A stretch of 64,000 nt of DNA from positions 2,149 through 66,148 of the forward strand of contig DATKGU010000010.1 of assembly GCA_035510635.1 (NCBI GenBank). The letters run 5' to 3'. Of the stretch, positions 1 to 9,965 are shown piece by piece. The position numbers were made by a program, and so were the translations under genes. Every line of letters starts with the position of its first letter. The first letter of the stretch is position 1. This stretch comes from Minisyncoccota bacterium. GTDB taxonomy: Bacteria; Patescibacteriota; Minisyncoccia; Phycocordibacterales; SBAW01. Below the pieces are notes generated by a model. That model had not been told where the DNA came from and made no database searches. It saw nothing but the letters and a program-made list of their open reading frames with translations.

Positions 1-214
1 GCACGGAATCGCCTGGGGCAAGCGCAGAAAAAGCATTAATATCGGCAACCGTTTTGTAGGCACTAGCAGAACCCCCGCTACAGGTAAAAGCAATCGGGTC
101 ATAGTTGGTACAGTCAGGTGTAGCACTGCCTACATTGGTGTCCGTGATGGATGAGTCGACATAATAGGTCGCCGCAAAAGCGAGCCCGGGCGCAAGAAAA
201 AATAAAATCAACAA
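1..214 (-). CDS. N-terminus of a secreted protein (beta-helix/pectin-lyase-like start), runs off the window edge
   Basis: Manual translation LLILFFLAPGLAFA-ATYYVDSS...ALAPGDSV: signal peptide plus a TYYV...PGD motif. Start uncertain (TTG). Confidence 0.55.
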   Translation of the reverse strand, partial: MLILFFLAPGLAFAATYYVDSSITDTNVGSATPDCTNYDPIAFTCSGGSASAYKTVADINAFSALAPGDSV

Positions 215-378
215 AAACGACCCTAGTATTCGTTGTACTCCACCCATTAAGTTAATATCCATGTGTGTCTATCTATTTTAGCACTCAATTTGTATTACCA
301 ATTCATTCTAATTAACCAATGAGCAACTTTCTCCCATTTTATCAAAACAATATGAAGAGTCAATGAATTTCCACCTTG

Positions 379-759
379 CTAGGCCATCTTTACATCAATG
401 GTAACTCCTGAAGGGAGCGAGAGGTTTGTGAGAGCCTCTATCACCTTAGGAGACGGGTCGAGGATGTCGATAACGCGCTTGTGTACGCGCATCTCAAACT
501 GCTCGCGCGCATCTTTGTAGATAAACGTCGAGCGGTTAACGGTGTATTTTTTTATTTCTGTCGGGAGAGGTATCGGCCCGGCAATCGTGGCATCATAGCG
601 GAGCGCCGTGTCGAGTATCTGCTTAACGCTCGCATCGAGCACCTTGTGCTCGTAAGCCTTTACCTTGATGCGCAAACGCTGCACCTCGGCCGGAGCCGCG
701 GCCTTTTTGGCGCGCGGCTTTGCCACTTTTTTAACTTTTTCTGTTTCGTTGGTAGCCAT
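379..759 (-). CDS. rpsJ: 30S ribosomal protein S10
   Basis: [37 protein letters not shown]; Lys/Ala-rich N-terminal extension. Confidence 0.97.
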   Translation of the reverse strand: MATNETEKVKKVAKPRAKKAAAPAEVQRLRIKVKAYEHKVLDASVKQILDTALRYDATIAGPIPLPTEIKKYTVNRSTFIYKDAREQFEMRVHKRVIDILDPSPKVIEALTNLSLPSGVTIDVKMA

Positions 760-915
760 ATTGTGTGGAGCTAGTTGTTCCCGGCAAGCCGGGATAACCT
801 ATCTCCGATTAGCTTACGCTCTTATAATGTTTTGATTTACGCGATAAAAGCACTTCGTCTTATATAGCCGTCGCTCGTTCGGAAAAGAAAATAAATTTTC
901 TTTTCTCTCACTCTG

Positions 916-2115
916 CTAGGCTATGACCTTCGTGACCACGCCTGCGCCCACTGTCTTGCCGCCCTCGCGAACTGCAAAACGTGTCTGCACCTCGAGTGCC
1001 ACCGGCGCTACGAGCTTAACTTTAAAGGTGACGGTGTCGCCCGGCATAACCATCTCGGTGCCTGCAGCAAGAGTTACCTCGCCGGTCACGTCGGTTGTGC
1101 GGACATAGAACTGAGGCTTATAGCCAGAGAAGAACGGCGTGTGACGGCCACCCTCGTCTTTGGTAAGGATATATACCTCGCCCTCAAAGTCGGTGTGCGG
1201 CGTTACGGAGCCCGGCTTCGCAAGCACTTGGCCGCGGTGGATGTCTTCCTTTTTAGTACCGCGCAAGAGTACGCCTGCGTTGTCGCCAGCTTGGCCAGAG
1301 TCGAGCTGCTTGTTAAACATTTCGATACCGGTGATGGTTGTTTTGCTTGTTGGTTCGAGACCGACGATTTCGCACTCGTCGCCTACTTTCACCACACCGC
1401 GCTCAATGCGGCCCGTAACCACGGTGCCGCGACCTTCAATAGAGAAGATGTCTTCAATCGGCATGAGGAACGGCTTGTCGAGCTCGCGAGTCGGCATCGG
1501 GATATAGGTGTCGAGCGTGTTGACGAGCTCAAGCACTTTTTGCGACCACTCATTGTTGAGGTCGTTGCTCTCCAAGGCCTTCAAGCCCGAGCCGCGGATG
1601 ATAGGCGTGTTTACACCATCAAAACCCTGCTTGGTGAGGAGCTCGCGCACCTCTTCTTCGACGAGGTCGATGAGGTCTTTGTCATCTACCATATCGCACT
1701 TGTTGAGAAATACGATGATTTTCGGCACGCCCACTTGCTTGGCAAGGAGGATGTGCTCGCGTGTTTGCGGCATCACGCCGTCGGTTGCGGCAACCACGAG
1801 GATTGCGCCGTCCATTTGAGCGGCACCGGTAATCATGTTCTTGATGTAGTCGGCGTGGCCCGGCGCGTCGATGTGCGCGTAGTGGCGGTTAGGAGTCTCG
1901 TACTCCGAGTGGTGGAGCGCGATGGTAATGCCGCGTGCTTTTTCCTCCGGAGCTGAGTCGATTTTGTCGACGTTCTCGACGCGAGCGCCATAGCCCTGCG
2001 CTTTTGCCATGTCGAGCGTGTGGAGGATCGCCGCGGTGAGCGTCGTTTTGCCGTGGTCAACGTGGCCGATGGTGCCTACGTTAAGGTGCGGTTTCTGCCT
2101 ATCAAAGTTTGCCAT
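916..2115 (-). CDS. tuf: Elongation factor Tu
   Basis: [26 protein letters not shown]. Confidence 0.99.
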   Translation of the reverse strand: MANFDRQKPHLNVGTIGHVDHGKTTLTAAILHTLDMAKAQGYGARVENVDKIDSAPEEKARGITIALHHSEYETPNRHYAHIDAPGHADYIKNMITGAAQMDGAILVVAATDGVMPQTREHILLAKQVGVPKIIVFLNKCDMVDDKDLIDLVEEEVRELLTKQGFDGVNTPIIRGSGLKALESNDLNNEWSQKVLELVNTLDTYIPMPTRELDKPFLMPIEDIFSIEGRGTVVTGRIERGVVKVGDECEIVGLEPTSKTTITGIEMFNKQLDSGQAGDNAGVLLRGTKKEDIHRGQVLAKPGSVTPHTDFEGEVYILTKDEGGRHTPFFSGYKPQFYVRTTDVTGEVTLAAGTEMVMPGDTVTFKVKLVAPVALEVQTRFAVREGGKTVGAGVVTKVIA

Positions 2116-2250
2116 AATACTTAATGTATCTAACTAATAATAATTTCTAAGCCCTGTTTGATAAAACTCAAGCACAGGAAAGCACGCTCTATTGCGTTGT
2201 ATAGAATATATAGGACTAGGCAAAAAAGCGCAACCCCCTAAAGCCCCCGC

Positions 2251-4404
2251 CTACTTCCTCGCAGCAACGATGGTGGCGGCGACGTTGGGCGGCACTATCT
2301 CGTAGTGGTCAAACTCCATGGTAAAACTTGCGCGGCCTTCGGTCATCGAGCGGAGCGCCGTGGTGTAGCCAAACATTTCCGAGAGCGGCACCTTGGCCTT
2401 GATGGCACGTGCGAGGCCACGCTCTTCCATACCCTCTATCTGTCCGCGTTTGCCGGAGAGGCTGCCCGTGATTTCACCCATGAACTGCTCGGGCACTACC
2501 ACCTCGACGCGCATGATCGGCTCGAGGAGCACGGGGCGTGCTGCTTTTGCCGCATCCTGGAAGCCCATCGACGCGGCGATTTTAAAGGCAATTTCGGAAG
2601 AGTCGACATCGTGGTACGAACCGTCGTACAGCTCGCAGGAGATGTCGACCATTTTAAAGCCGGCGACAATGCCGCGCTCCATGGCCTCGCGCACGCCCTT
2701 CTCCACTGGGCCGATAAACTCTTGCGGAACAACGCCGCCTTTGATGTTGTTGATAAACTCAAAGTGGTCTTCGCGTGTAGTGTTTTTAGAAATCTTCTTG
2801 TCGGGGTTGACCGGCTCGAGCGGTTTGAGGCGCAACTTAACATGGCCGTACTGGCCCTTGCCGCCGGTTTGCTTGATGTATTTACCCTCGGCCTCGGCTT
2901 CTTGCGTGATGGTCTCGCGGTAAGCCACTTGCGGTTTGCCTACATTTGCCTCGACGCCAAACTCGCGCTTCATGCGGTCAACTAAAATTTCGAGGTGGAG
3001 CTCGCCCATGCCTGAGATAAGGGTCTCCAATGTTTCGGCATCGGTCGAGACCTTAAAGGTTGGGTCCTCGTCGGCGAGTTTTTTCATCGCCATGCCCATC
3101 TTCTCTTGGTCGGCTTTTGTCTTGGGCTCGATGCGCAACTGGATAACCGGCTCGGGGAACTTGATTTGCTCAAGTTGTATCGGGTTGGCCTCATCGCACA
3201 GCGTGTGCGAGGTGCGCGTGTCTTTAAGGCCTACGGCTGCGGCAATTTCGCCGGCAAAAACTTTTTTAACTTCTTCGCGCTCATTGGCTTGGAGCCGGAC
3301 GATGCGGCCGAGGCGCTCTTTGGAGCCAGTGGTTGAGTTGTAAAGGTAAGAACCTGCTTCAATAGTGCCCGAGTAGACACGGAAGAAGGTAAGCTGGCCC
3401 ACAAACGGGTCGGCTTGGAGTTTAAACGCGAGCGCGCAAAACGGCTCTTCGTCGCTTGCGTGGCGTACAACCTCCTCGCCTGTTTTAGGATTGATGCCTT
3501 TAACCGGCGGCATGTCGAGCGGGCTTGGCAGATACTCGACAACGGCGTCGAGCACCAGCTGTACGCCCTTATTTTTGAGCGCAGAACCGCAATACACGGG
3601 GAAGATTTTGTTGTCGATAACCGCACGGCGGAGCGTGGCCTGCAAATTTTCCAAGCTCGGCTCTTTGCCGTCGAGATACTCGGTCATGAGCGTCTCATCG
3701 TGCTCGACAATTTTTTCGACAAGCTCGGCGCGATATTTTTTGGCCTCCTCAAGCAGATTAGCCGGGACTTCGTACTCAACCACGTGGTCGCCCATGTTGC
3801 CTTCAAATTTGTACGCCTTGAGCGTAAGCAAATCGACAACACCCTCAAACTTATCCTCGGCGCCAATCGGTATCTGCATGCGCACGGCATATTTGGTGAG
3901 ACGGTCTAAAATCGATTGATACGATTTTTCAAAGTTGGCACCGGTGCGGTCGAGCTTGTTGATAAAACATACGCGCGGCACGTTGGCCTCGTCGGCATAG
4001 CGCCAGTTGGTCTCGGATTGCGGCTCAACGCCGGCGACACCATCAAACACCACCACCGCACCGTCGAGCACACGCATCGAGCGCTTAACCTCTACGGTAA
4101 AGTCGATGTGCCCCGGCGTGTCGATGATATTGAAACGATATTTTTTAGACGGATCTTTTTTATCGAGCTCGGCTGTCTTGCTCCAAAAGCAGGTGATAGC
4201 CGCCGCGGTAATCGTGATGCCACGCTCGCGCTCTTGCTCCATCCAGTCGGTGGTTGTCTCGCCCTCGTGCACCTCGCCGATTTTGTGCTGCGAGCCGGTG
4301 TAATACAGTACGCGCTCGCTGGTGGTGGTTTTGCCCGCGTCGATGTGCGCGATGATACCGAAGTTGCGAACCTTCTCCAATGGATAGTCTCGTTTTATTG
4401 GCAT
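2251..4404 (-). CDS. fusA: Elongation factor G
   Basis: [29 protein letters not shown]; start trimmed to ATG 4404. Confidence 0.99.
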   Translation of the reverse strand: MPIKRDYPLEKVRNFGIIAHIDAGKTTTSERVLYYTGSQHKIGEVHEGETTTDWMEQERERGITITAAAITCFWSKTAELDKKDPSKKYRFNIIDTPGHIDFTVEVKRSMRVLDGAVVVFDGVAGVEPQSETNWRYADEANVPRVCFINKLDRTGANFEKSYQSILDRLTKYAVRMQIPIGAEDKFEGVVDLLTLKAYKFEGNMGDHVVEYEVPANLLEEAKKYRAELVEKIVEHDETLMTEYLDGKEPSLENLQATLRRAVIDNKIFPVYCGSALKNKGVQLVLDAVVEYLPSPLDMPPVKGINPKTGEEVVRHASDEEPFCALAFKLQADPFVGQLTFFRVYSGTIEAGSYLYNSTTGSKERLGRIVRLQANEREEVKKVFAGEIAAAVGLKDTRTSHTLCDEANPIQLEQIKFPEPVIQLRIEPKTKADQEKMGMAMKKLADEDPTFKVSTDAETLETLISGMGELHLEILVDRMKREFGVEANVGKPQVAYRETITQEAEAEGKYIKQTGGKGQYGHVKLRLKPLEPVNPDKKISKNTTREDHFEFINNIKGGVVPQEFIGPVEKGVREAMERGIVAGFKMVDISCELYDGSYHDVDSSEIAFKIAASMGFQDAAKAARPVLLEPIMRVEVVVPEQFMGEITGSLSGKRGQIEGMEERGLARAIKAKVPLSEMFGYTTALRSMTEGRASFTMEFDHYEIVPPNVAATIVAARK

Positions 4405-4512
4405 AGATAAATTAAAAAGCCCCTCGGGCGTTAGTGGCCAGCATACCCCAAATTGCAAAAAATGCAAAAAAGAAAAATCCCCGCCAAAGTTGTTGGCAGG
4501 GTTGATGCTACG

Positions 4513-4725
4513 CTAGACGCTTTTATATTGAGGTCGACGAGGTTCGAGCGACTTCCCAAAATCAACAAAGCTCGCATGAGCTGTAGCTGATTTTCTCCAA
4601 GCCTCCTCAATACGCAAGAGTTCATCCTCCGAAACGCGACTCCCATCTGGTTCAAAGTAGCGATGTTTAAAGTTGTCCGGCGTCTCTTCATACGAAGGAG
4701 GCCAAACATGGGGTATGTCCAACAT
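4513..4725 (-). CDS. Small orphan protein (70 aa)
   Basis: ORF preceded by SD GGGAGG; lies inside the str operon. Confidence 0.55.
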   Translation of the reverse strand: MLDIPHVWPPSYEETPDNFKHRYFEPDGSRVSEDELLRIEEAWRKSATAHASFVDFGKSLEPRRPQYKSV

Positions 4726-4834
4726 GCGGCCCTCCCAAGAACTTTGCCGCTATATATAACACTCTTCAAACAAAAATAGTAGCCAATAAAAAACGCGGCC
4801 CCTGAGGGTCGCGTTGGCATCTTGCACTGGCGCG

Positions 4835-5527
4835 TTACAGGCCGAGATATTGCGGCTTGATAACCGCCTCGATATCAACGACTTTTATTCGTAGTTGGGC
4901 TTCCTTTACATACGCGGCGAAATACGCCTCTTTATCGTTGTCGTGCCTGGCTTGGTTGAGTTGGGCGCTCACAACAAGCATGTCGCGTATGGCGTCCGCA
5001 TATCCATCCCAATCTTTTTGACAGGCGGTATATGCGTCCCCCACCAAAGTACTGCAGAAGTTGTTGCGGACAGCAAGCGCCTGCGTCTGCTCTCTAAGAT
5101 AACCCTCTGCAAAACTTGAAGCGGTTCCATTGCGCACCGAGGACCATTCGGTCGAGAAATAATTTTTATTCCACGTTTCATTGGACAGCTCGCGATATTT
5201 GACTACCAGCTGCACATACTGGCGCTTCAACTCCCACCCCTTGGGTTTGTCGCCTGCGATATAGGCTTCCTGCCATTTGTCGAGTACCGTGGCGGTTTCC
5301 ATCGAGATATCGGTTAGATCCTGATATAGCGCCCGACACCCCAAAATTTGAGGCGCCGATACGCGGTCACATGCCGCGCGGGTAAACGCCTCTGATGCGG
5401 CAATCTTGCGAAACGCTGCCGCCTCCTTTTGCATAAAGGTATCTTCCGCCCGCGCTGCTGACAGCGGCATAAGGGCCAACATGGCTCCGATGACTGCGAG
5501 GCCGATAACGTGCTTGGCATTAAACAT
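4835..5527 (-). CDS. Secreted helical orphan protein with paired Cys
   Basis: Signal peptide ending AARA|ED; SD GAGGGAG; hairpin downstream. Confidence 0.75.
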   Translation of the reverse strand: MFNAKHVIGLAVIGAMLALMPLSAARAEDTFMQKEAAAFRKIAASEAFTRAACDRVSAPQILGCRALYQDLTDISMETATVLDKWQEAYIAGDKPKGWELKRQYVQLVVKYRELSNETWNKNYFSTEWSSVRNGTASSFAEGYLREQTQALAVRNNFCSTLVGDAYTACQKDWDGYADAIRDMLVVSAQLNQARHDNDKEAYFAAYVKEAQLRIKVVDIEAVIKPQYLGL

Positions 5528-5656
5528 GGCAGGCTCCCTCGGTTTTTGCGCGAATTGCGCTTTACATCCGCAACAGATATATCACACAAAATTAGGAGAT
5601 GCAATAAAAAAGCCGGCCGCTTATGGCGACCGGTACATATTGCCGACGTTGTTGCC

Positions 5657-6004
5657 CTATTCGGAATCCACACAAGGACCATCGTAGAGGAAACCCCCGT
5701 CGGGACCGAAACAAGCGAGCTCGGAACCGTCGCAAGGACCATAGTGGAGCAAGGCGCCGGTGTGAGAGCTCGTACAAGTCATCACTGGCGGTTGGATAAT
5801 GACTCCGCCGCCGTAGAAGCCGCCACCACCATAGCGCGGGCCGCCGCCGAAGAAGCGCGGGCCGGGATGGAACTGCGGCGCAAAGCCGGGATGGAACTGC
5901 ATCGGCGGGCGGATAAATCCGCCACGTTGCCACGCCGAGGCCGGCGAGGCGAGCGTCATCGCAGCCGCCATAGCGGCGATGCCAAACCAAAGAACTTTCT
6001 TCAT
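5657..6004 (-). CDS. Secreted Gly/Pro/aromatic-rich small protein with Cys-containing C-terminus
   Basis: MKKVLWFG...PASA|W signal peptide; QFHPG and GGG(P/F/Y) repeats; SD GAGGAGG. Confidence 0.7.
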   Translation of the reverse strand: MKKVLWFGIAAMAAAMTLASPASAWQRGGFIRPPMQFHPGFAPQFHPGPRFFGGGPRYGGGGFYGGGVIIQPPVMTCTSSHTGALLHYGPCDGSELACFGPDGGFLYDGPCVDSE

Positions 6005-6177
6005 TGAGCCCTCCTCGGCCCTATGCGTGGGGAATCCACGCAATCATGTCCGACTATAGAACACTTTTATAAAAATGAAAAGAGGAGATGTAAACCTGTT
6101 TACCAACCATTGCACGGCCCTCCCCCATCTTGTAGAGTGTGGGCGGATGAAAATTGAACAAACCTCGGAGAAAAGCC

Positions 6178-6705
6178 ATGCGCGTTTTTCAGTTCGACGA
6201 CCTGCAAGACCCGGAATTTCGGGAATATCACTTTGATAGCGAGATCGGTGACTTAGACATCGAGAAATTCGACCGAGTAAGCAGGAAGGTTATCGTTGCG
6301 TTGCAACGGTTACATTTTTCGACCCTGGCTAGATTGCATGTGGTCGCTGCGGTTGCTGTTTCTGTAGCGACACAAACTGGCCCTTATTACTTCACGGGCA
6401 ACAGCTTATACAGCGTCAACGCTGAACCGGGCATGCTTCTGATGGGAAACAATCATGTCACCCTCTGGCTAATCGACCCAGCGAGTCAAAAAGGGAAATA
6501 TCGCGTCACTGACCTTTTCCACGATAAAACGATTCCCTTGTGCGAAGGAGGAAATGGGGGGCTGTTCGGAAAAATGGCAGAAGAACGCCTCGAGGCAGGA
6601 ATGCGATATATCGTTAGAGAAAAAAGAAAGAAACTTACAACCGCCTTGGCTGAAGCAACGACACTTCAAGCCGAGATAGAGTCTTTAACGAGTGAGGCCA
6701 TATAA
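6178..6705 (+). CDS. Orphan hypothetical protein
   Basis: ORF with GGAG SD before ATG 6178, followed by a terminator. Confidence 0.65.
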   Translation: MRVFQFDDLQDPEFREYHFDSEIGDLDIEKFDRVSRKVIVALQRLHFSTLARLHVVAAVAVSVATQTGPYYFTGNSLYSVNAEPGMLLMGNNHVTLWLIDPASQKGKYRVTDLFHDKTIPLCEGGNGGLFGKMAEERLEAGMRYIVREKRKKLTTALAEATTLQAEIESLTSEAI

Positions 6706-6726
6706 AACCTGCTGGCCCGATCACAC

Positions 6727-6758
6727 AAAACGCCCCGCAAACTTGCGAGGCGTTTTTT
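6727..6758. terminator. Bidirectional intrinsic terminator
   Basis: AAAACGCCCCGCAA-AC-TTGCGAGGCGTTTTTT between convergent genes. Confidence 0.75.
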
Positions 6759-6809
6759 ATTTTTTGATTTTAATCCTCCGACTTCGCTCAGGATAATTTG
6801 CTTCGCAAA

Positions 6810-7280
6810 TTACCAAGCAAAGTGGGCAAAGGCTTTGTTGGCCTCGGCCATCTTGAGCGTGTCGTCGCGCTTTTTTATTGCAGGACCCTCGTTGTTAGAT
6901 GCGGCAATGAGCTCGGTCGCGAGTTTTTGCGCCATCGGCTTGCCTTTGGCACCGCGAGCGGCGCCGAGTATCCAGCGAAACGCCAATGCTTGCTTGCGCT
7001 CGGGGCGCACCTCGCGCGGCACTTGGTAGTTGGCACCGCCTACGCGGCGCGAGCGTATCTCCATGGCAGGTCCGACATTGCGGATTGCGGTTTCAAAAAG
7101 CTCAACCGGATTCTCGGTTTTTGTTTTTTCTTTGATGAGGTCAAACGCATCGTACACCACCTTGCGTGCGGTGCTCTTTTTGCCGTCCCACATGACCGAG
7201 TTTATAAACTTCTCCACGCGGAGAGAATTATATTTGAGGTCTGCACCCGGGATATTACGATTTTTAACTGGTCGACGCAT
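6810..7280 (-). CDS. rpsG: 30S ribosomal protein S7
   Basis: RSRRVGGANYQVP, MAEANKAFAHF. Confidence 0.98.
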   Translation of the reverse strand: MRRPVKNRNIPGADLKYNSLRVEKFINSVMWDGKKSTARKVVYDAFDLIKEKTKTENPVELFETAIRNVGPAMEIRSRRVGGANYQVPREVRPERKQALAFRWILGAARGAKGKPMAQKLATELIAASNNEGPAIKKRDDTLKMAEANKAFAHFAW

Positions 7281-7286
7281 GTTAGT

Positions 7287-7321
7287 TAGGGTATAGGGTT
7301 TAGTGGCTAGGGACTAGTGGC
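7287..7321. repeat. Heptamer TAGNNNN tandem (5 units)
   Basis: tagggta tagggtt tagtggc tagggac tagtggc between rpsL and rpsG. Confidence 0.7.
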
Positions 7322-7324
7322 TAA

Positions 7325-7753
7325 TTACTTCTTTTTGGGAGCGGCACCCGAGCTTGCTTTAACGCCGTAGCGCGAGCGCGACACATTGCGCTTCTCGACA
7401 CCGGTGGCATCGAGCTTACCGCGCACGATTTGGTAACGTACGTTGATGTCTTTTACGCGGCCTGCACGGACAAGCACCACCGAGTGCTCCTGGAGATTGT
7501 GACCTTCGCCGGGGATGTAGGCGGTGATTTCCATGCCGTTGGTGAGGCGCACGCGGGCGATTTTGCGGATAGCGGAGTTTGGTTTGCGGGGAGTTTTGGT
7601 AGTCACTTTGGTGCATACGCCGCGTTTAAAAGGCGACGGATAAAACACCGGGTGGTTTTTGAGCAGGTTAAAACCGCGGGCAAGCGCCGGCGATTTTGTT
7701 TTGCTCTTCATTTGAGTGCGTCCTTTGCGGACGAGCTGTGATATGCGTGCCAT
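7325..7753 (-). CDS. rpsL: 30S ribosomal protein S12
   Basis: [23 protein letters not shown]; start ATG 7753. Confidence 0.98.
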   Translation of the reverse strand: MARISQLVRKGRTQMKSKTKSPALARGFNLLKNHPVFYPSPFKRGVCTKVTTKTPRKPNSAIRKIARVRLTNGMEITAYIPGEGHNLQEHSVVLVRAGRVKDINVRYQIVRGKLDATGVEKRNVSRSRYGVKASSGAAPKKK

Positions 7754-7795
7754 CTGTAAATTAAAACGCCCCAAAGGCGTTGGACACACTCTACT

Positions 7796-8434
7796 CTATA
7801 GCGGTACGCCTGTCAAAAGTTGGAAAAGCCCGCTCAAGATAATGCTGAAGAAAGGCGCAAGCACGTAGTAAAACACAATCATAATAAGGAGTGTGTTGGT
7901 GAGCACACCCATACGCTCCATACTCATGCGGAGCGCGTCGTAGCTCCTCCCTGCCGCGCCCGGAAGCAATGCCGCAAGCACGCGCGAGCCGTCCAAGGGC
8001 GGTATCGGTATCAAGTTAAAGAGCGCAAGCAACATGTTGATGTACACAATCATCGTAAACGCGTCGATGAGCGGAGTCTCCGGCCCGCCGATAAAACGGA
8101 TGGCCAAGCCAAAGACAAGTGCAAGGAGGATGTTGGTGCCCAGCCCCGCAAACGCGGTGAGTGCTTCGTCATACTTCCCTGTTAAATAATGCGGATTGAT
8201 GGGCACCGGCTTGGCGTATCCGATGAGCAATGGAAAGTGCGTCAGGCTCTGCGTAAAAAGGAGGAAGCCCGGCAAGAGTATCGACCCTATGGGGTCGATG
8301 TGGACAAGCGGGTTGAGTGTGAGCCTGCCCGCGAGGCGCGCAGTTGGGTCGCCAAGATAGTTGGCCATGTAGCCGTGAGCCACCTCGTGGAGGATGATAG
8401 AAACTATAAGGATAACGAGTGAGAGTACGAGCAT
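7796..8434 (-). CDS. Site-2 protease family (M50) membrane metalloprotease
   Basis: HEVAH, GDPTA, NLIPIPPLDG. Confidence 0.93.
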   Translation of the reverse strand: MLVLSLVILIVSIILHEVAHGYMANYLGDPTARLAGRLTLNPLVHIDPIGSILLPGFLLFTQSLTHFPLLIGYAKPVPINPHYLTGKYDEALTAFAGLGTNILLALVFGLAIRFIGGPETPLIDAFTMIVYINMLLALFNLIPIPPLDGSRVLAALLPGAAGRSYDALRMSMERMGVLTNTLLIMIVFYYVLAPFFSIILSGLFQLLTGVPL

Positions 8435-8487
8435 ATGGTTGCGAAGCTTACAAAGTATGGTACCATAGGCGAGCACTAAAAAACGAT

Positions 8488-8730
8488 ATGGCAAAAGTTT
8501 GCGACATAACAGGAAAGGGCTCAAAAGTTGCTGGCGGATACAGCAACCGCATCCGCGCGACCAAATTTAACCCCACCGGCAAGGTGCGCAAACAGCCCAA
8601 CCTCCAAAAAAAGCGCATTTTTGTGCCGGAAATCAATAAAACGCTCACGCTCACGATATCTACAGAGGCGCTCCGCACGATTGCTAAAAACGGCGCCTAC
8701 AAAACGCTCAAAAAAGCCGGTTTGATTTAG
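8488..8730 (+). CDS. rpmB: 50S ribosomal protein L28
   Basis: MAKVCDITGK...PNLQKKRIFVPE...ALRTI. Confidence 0.93.
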   Translation: MAKVCDITGKGSKVAGGYSNRIRATKFNPTGKVRKQPNLQKKRIFVPEINKTLTLTISTEALRTIAKNGAYKTLKKAGLI

Positions 8731-8801
8731 TTTTTAAACTTTAAACTACAGAATAGAAAAAGGGCGCGGTCAGCCGAAGCTGTCCGCGCCCTCTGATTTT
8801 G

Positions 8802-9212
8802 TCACCCCTCGCCGTTAGGCGGGAGCGAGGCATAGCGGACCTTGCCGCTTTGCCGCCCGCCGAACCTTTGCCGCAAGGCATCAGCCAACGGGCTGGAGGC
8901 CTGTTGGTCGTCGGTGGTGAACTCGACGATGCCGCCGTAAGGCGACGTCGACACTTGTCGTGACAGCGGCACCGACCGCGCTTCGGACGAGAAAGCAAAC
9001 CCCCTCGCCTGTTGCTCCTGTGTCCAGTCCGCCAACGACTGCATCGGTTTGACGCTCGGTTCGCCCATCACGAGCGCGCCGTGGTCGCTCTTGAGCGTGG
9101 CGTAGATAGTTTTCACGCCGCACACCGCGAACACAACCGCAACGGCGGCGATAAGGCATCCGACCGCCGCTCCCGCTTGGAGGATTGCGCCGTGACGATA
9201 TGTGCTTCTCAT
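8802..9212 (-). CDS. Orphan membrane-anchored protein
   Basis: N-terminal hydrophobic helix; SD GGGAGG; TTGACA...TATCAT promoter upstream (~9275-9303). Confidence 0.6.
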   Translation of the reverse strand: MRSTYRHGAILQAGAAVGCLIAAVAVVFAVCGVKTIYATLKSDHGALVMGEPSVKPMQSLADWTQEQQARGFAFSSEARSVPLSRQVSTSPYGGIVEFTTDDQQASSPLADALRQRFGGRQSGKVRYASLPPNGEG

Positions 9213-9365
9213 GTTCCCCTCCCTGTTGGGGGTTGTTATTCAAAAGCCCACCATGGGCCGATACATCTGTCAAGAATGATAACATGCGCCAAATAGTTGT
9301 CAAGTGGTTATTTTTGAGCTGGGGATAACAGTCAAAAACACCCCATTTGCTATACTTACTGCTAT

Positions 9366-9965
9366 ATGGATTACACAATCAAAAAGTTTGAGTTGCCGGA
9401 GCTCGTCGGCATCTCCAAAGAGAGCGTCGCGCAGCACATTGGTCTCTACGAGGCCTATGTAAAAAACTTTAATGCGGTAAGTGCCGCCATTGAAGAGCTC
9501 CTTAAAGACCCGGAGAAGAACGTGCTTGCTATTGCCGAGCTGCGCCGCCGGCACTCGTTTGAGTTTGATGGGATGAAGCTCCACGAACTTTATTTCTCGC
9601 AATTTGAGGGCGGCCCGCATGAACTCGATGAAAGCCGTCCGCTTGCCAAAGAACTCACCAAACATTGGGGCAGCATCGACGCAACAGTTGCGCGCATGCG
9701 CCAAACGGCTGCAATGCGGGGCCCCGGATGGTCTATTTTGTATTACAACCCGGAGACGCACATGTTCCACATGGGGTTTGTGGGCGAGCAACACCAAGGA
9801 CACTTTGCAACGCTCCCTATTATTGCAGCGCTCGATGTGTGGGAGCATGCGTTTTTGCTCGACTATGGTGCATCCGGCAAAGCCAAATACGTTGACGCGT
9901 TTTTCAAAAATATTAATTGGAGCGTATGCGAGGAGCGTTTTGTCGCAGCCGCTGCTACTTTGTAG
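9366..9965 (+). CDS. sodA: Fe/Mn superoxide dismutase
   Basis: HELYF, GPGW, LDVWEHAF; metal specificity unknown. Confidence 0.88.
   Translation: MDYTIKKFELPELVGISKESVAQHIGLYEAYVKNFNAVSAAIEELLKDPEKNVLAIAELRRRHSFEFDGMKLHELYFSQFEGGPHELDESRPLAKELTKHWGSIDATVARMRQTAAMRGPGWSILYYNPETHMFHMGFVGEQHQGHFATLPIIAALDVWEHAFLLDYGASGKAKYVDAFFKNINWSVCEERFVAAAATL

Noticed and set aside
1141-4410. Long plus-strand ORFs antisense to tuf and fusA (and similar ones opposite nusA, pnp and pcrA)
   Set aside because: These are shadow ORFs from codon bias opposite well-conserved genes
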